From assembly GCA_030265395.1 (NCBI GenBank), contig JARFYF010000017.1:19526768-19590767 (forward strand): a stretch of DNA of 64,000 nucleotides. Direction: 5' to 3'. Source of the DNA: Rhina ancylostomus. Taxonomy: Eukaryota. Positions 60,366 through 64,000 of the stretch are shown here, in pieces. The stretch's first letter is position 1. Every line of letters starts with the position of its first letter. Made by a program: the position numbers and the translations under genes. The notes beneath the pieces were generated by a model. That model searched no databases, was not told the DNA's origin, and saw only the letters and a list, made by a program, of their open reading frames with translations.

Positions 60366-63300
60366 CACTATTACTGAAACTGGTGTTTACAACTATTCAG
60401 ATATATTTGCTCCATTTTGGTAGACTATTGACACTGCCACAAGTATTTCAAAGTGCACTAAAAGAAAATTCATTTGAGAAGTAGGTGAAAAATCAAAAAA
60501 AAGTTTCTCGAAATTGGAAGATGCCAGTGATTCTGTCTGTTGGCTGAAACTTAATGAATGGCAACCTTTGCACTCGTGTGAACTAATCCCCAAATCTGCA
60601 CCTCTTTCACTTAACACCTGCAAGGGTATTAATTCTGAGTTCAGAATAGCCCATGATTTCTCTAAGAAATGAAATATTTTAAAGAATTTGGAAATTCCAT
60701 GATCTGTTTCATTGGGGTGTGAGCGCTTACAGGTTTTGACACATGAATGAATCAAGAAATTAAATAAATTCTTCCCAGTATTGACATTTCTGCAACAAAG
60801 TAAAAAGCCTGCGAAAAAAACTAAAAGATATTTAAATAAAGACAATTAGAAATGCCCAGGCCGCTCCCTAGAATTGCATCTTTTATAAGTAGAGGAGACC
60901 TGTGATTAAGTGCAATGTGATGTCAAAATGTACAAAATATTCAGTGTTAAACATTGGTAAAAACAGAGGAACAAGCTGTTTGCTTGCCTGAGGTGAGAGA
61001 CCACAGCAACTGAAGGTAGCTGAGTCTTGTTCCCATGTGTTTTCTCACCTGCTATTGCAGTGTTTTGTTCTTTATCTCCTGCCTTATCCTTGTTTGAATT
61101 GGCTGCAGTTCCATATTGTCTGAACATAGAGGCTACAAAGAGCGCCTGAAAGGGCCTTTCTATCAGCCTATCCGTTAACTGCACAGGGGCTGTTTTCCTG
61201 CTAATTGCAGTGCAGTTACAATTTCATGCTTTCTTCAATGTTAGTTTATCACCAGCAACATTTACAGTGCTCTTGTGAGTCACGTACGTAATTAACCCAG
61301 TGCTAATTAATGATTAAAATTACACACTAACGCTATTAATATTTAATTCATAGGAAATGGAGGCACCACCTCCTCTGGGCTCTGTGCTATGAGCCACTTT
61401 GAAACGGCGTTCAGTGAAGTGCACCAATCTGAGTTTAGCATCGGGAGCTTCTTCCTCTCTTGAAATTAGTTGCATCTGAGAATTTGTTTTGAAATAGACC
61501 ATTAGCATTTGAATTAGCTGGGGGCAACCAAGGAAGATATTCTGCTGAAGGGAAGGGTTGAGAAGTCATAACCTATGCATGTTTATACTCAGGAGGAGCT
61601 GTCTAGGCCTACATGACACCGCCATGTTATGCCAGTGGGACACACAATCCCACAGAGCTTGCTTTGTCTGCGTGGAGCCCAAATCTTAAAATTATGTGAC
61701 AGGAGCAGGGCATTAATATGAGCAGTTGTGGCGCTGTCATTGTGGCACTATAGTATATTTTTCACTGACTTTAAAAACTAGTTAGCCTTTACTGTCCAGG
61801 TCTAACAGTAGACTTGTTTCTACATGTCCTGAGATGAGAACTGTTTAGGAATGCAAATTTAGAACAGTGAGACACAAAGTACTGGCAGGAAAAGACGCCA
61901 CAGTTTGTGCATTGAAATGAAGGTTACTTTATTAGAAACATACTTGACTTTTTACTCAATATTCTCTTTATTTTTATGCCTGTTGAGTTTCCTTACACTT
62001 TCATAAATATGTTGATTTCTGGGCATTGATTCCATCTGCCCTACTTTCTGTAACCTCCTGATGTGGTGCTATGAATCTTTTAAAACAAGAGTTTAATTTT
62101 CTGTTGAATGTACAATGGAGAAAAGGACTTCCTCATAACTGGGCAGAGAAGTTTATGCCTCTTTATGTTTGGAAAATCAGATGAGTAAAGAGCATAGTCA
62201 TTCTGAATATATTGGAGTAAATTTGTCACAGTGGTTCACAAAGGATTAACAATATTCACATCCACAATAATCAGCATTTTCCTTTCAGCTAATAGGTTCA
62301 TAGAGTTGTGAACATCTCTTCCGTAGCAATGCCCTGTCCCTCTCTCCTGCCTCACCACATTTACCCCCCCCCCACTCCCCAACCCCACCAGCATCTGCCC
62401 AAAGTTCTCTATCTGATTTTGTGAAAATATTCAGTAACTGTATAAAACAAGGCTATTTGAGTCATGCCATAATCAGCCACATAACTTCCATACTTTCCTT
62501 AAGTAATACAGTCTGGGGTTGGGTGCTGGTGAGAATAGGGAGGGAGTTGTTGGGGAGGGGAGTGGTGGAGTGAACACAATGTTGAAAGTGTAACCTGGGA
62601 TGGTTCTTAAAAATCAGGTACTTTCGCAAATCAAATTGGCTGTCATTCTGTGAAGTAAATTTAGTGTAATCTTAATATTATGGATTTGTGTTCTCTTTGA
62701 GTAAGAGCTCACAGACTGTAATAAATGGAGGAATGGATGGATAGAAGATAAGTGAGTGATGTTGCCCTGGGCACACTGACTGCATGTATGAACTTAAACA
62801 GTTTCCAGTCTATTTTAGAAACAGACTGATAGCAATAACTGAAGATCATTGATTTTACGGGAATCCATGTTCACAGACGTACAAATGATCGACCAGCAGG
62901 TTGACTTTTGCCTCCTTAAGTAAGAATTGACTCTGCTTTCCTGTATTGACTGAAAAGCAAGAGAGGGGTTTCAAGCAAATGCTTAGTGCGAAGCAGCTTA
63001 GGAAATTCTTCTGTAAAGTTACCCCTGGGGGAAAATAAGACACATTGAGAATGGAGAATTTTAATGGGCTGCTGTTAATTTCTTAACATAAACCATCATG
63101 CCATCACTGCATAAGCAGGACACAGTATTGTTGGAGGCGATTCATCATTTTCTTTTTTCTGCATTCTTGGAACTCTCAGCAAGTGTCCTGCACGTGGGGA
63201 TGAGAATAGTTTATATTTTTGTTAAGAACGTCAAATCTTGCATTCATTCTCAGAGGGATAGAATTGCGATATATGTTCAAAGATTCACTGAATGCAAAAA

Positions 63301-63745
63301 ATTAGACCGGCGCTAACAATTTGAAAGATTTCGGTTTTCCAATAGCAGAATAGAATTTGCATAGAAGGCAACCCTTTTAAGTGTGAAATAATCAAATGTT
63401 GGATCCAAAAATAGGAAATTAATTGTAAAACGTTAGCAAGGCTGCATCACATTAAAGGAGAGTAGAAAGTTCTGATGCAAGTTTTAATGCATCATGGGCA
63501 CATAAAGTGGGTACCAGAGTTGGTTTCTATATGCGCCGCATGTAGGAGCACCACACGAATGAGGAATAAGTGTGCCTCAGGCTACGAGTCTCTTAATGAA
63601 CTTGAAAAGCTTTTTAGTGATACCCAGTGTTATGCCTTTTATTGTATAACCAAAAGTACTATCTTCAGCAAGTGCTCTGTCAGGCATTACTTGGACACAA
63701 TTCTCATCATTTGCATGTTCTGATCTTCTCAATTTAATTGAACAT

Positions 63746-64000
63746 AGCATGGTAGTGTAGCGGTTAGCGTAATGCTATTACAGCACCAGCGACCTAAGTT
63801 CAATTCCGGCTGCTGTCTGTAAGGAGTTTGTGCGTTCTCCCCATGACTGTGTGGGATTCCTCCGGGTGCTCCGGTTTCCTTCCACATTCCAAAGACGNNN
63901 NNNNNNNNNNNNNNNNNNNNNNNNNNNNNNNNNNNNAAGTGTGGTGACACTTGTGGGCTGCCCCCAGAACACTCTATGTAAAAGATGCATTTCACTGTGT
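63746..64000 (+). mobile_element. tRNA-derived V-domain SINE (runs off the window end; internal N gap)
   Basis: A-box-like TAGTGTAGCGG, B-box-like AGTTCAATTCC, V domain 'gtgggattcctccgggtgctccggtttccttccaca', and tail 'aaagatgcatttcactgtgt'. Confidence 0.9.

Noticed and set aside
60393-60845. 150 aa minus ORF (likewise 22565-22933, 12102-12479, 28637-29056, 41149-41469)
   Set aside because: No recognisable domain or exon structure; consistent with chance ORFs.
63746-63815. tRNA gene
   Set aside because: It is a SINE head with A/B boxes and no complete cloverleaf.
1-64000. CRISPR array, operon or other prokaryotic system
   Set aside because: No regularly spaced repeats and no gene-dense coding DNA; the sequence is vertebrate and repeat-rich.

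Overview
This is eukaryotic, AT-rich, CpG-depleted vertebrate DNA with 11 assembly N-gaps. The repeat content suggests a cartilaginous fish (shark or ray): abundant CR1 LINEs, SacSINE1-like DeuSINEs, V-domain tRNA SINEs and Penelope pLTR repeats. I recognise no intact protein-coding gene, RNA gene or CRISPR array, so the window reads as intergenic or deep-intronic. All protein-like ORFs are decayed retroelement fragments (CR1, L2, a second CR1/L2-group LINE, Penelope). The most notable signals are: (1) about a dozen Penelope pLTR-derived repeats, several with decayed minimal hammerhead-ribozyme cores, recurring as inverted fold-back units from about 85 bp to 1.8 kb; (2) an unclassified ~490 bp element present twice, colinear and 2 kb apart; (3) a Tigger/pogo-like MITE; (4) nested and internally deleted CR1 copies; (5) several unique, motif-dense blocks that may be conserved non-coding enhancers. 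Repeat boundaries are approximate and were set by eye. Family names come from recalled motifs, not database searches.
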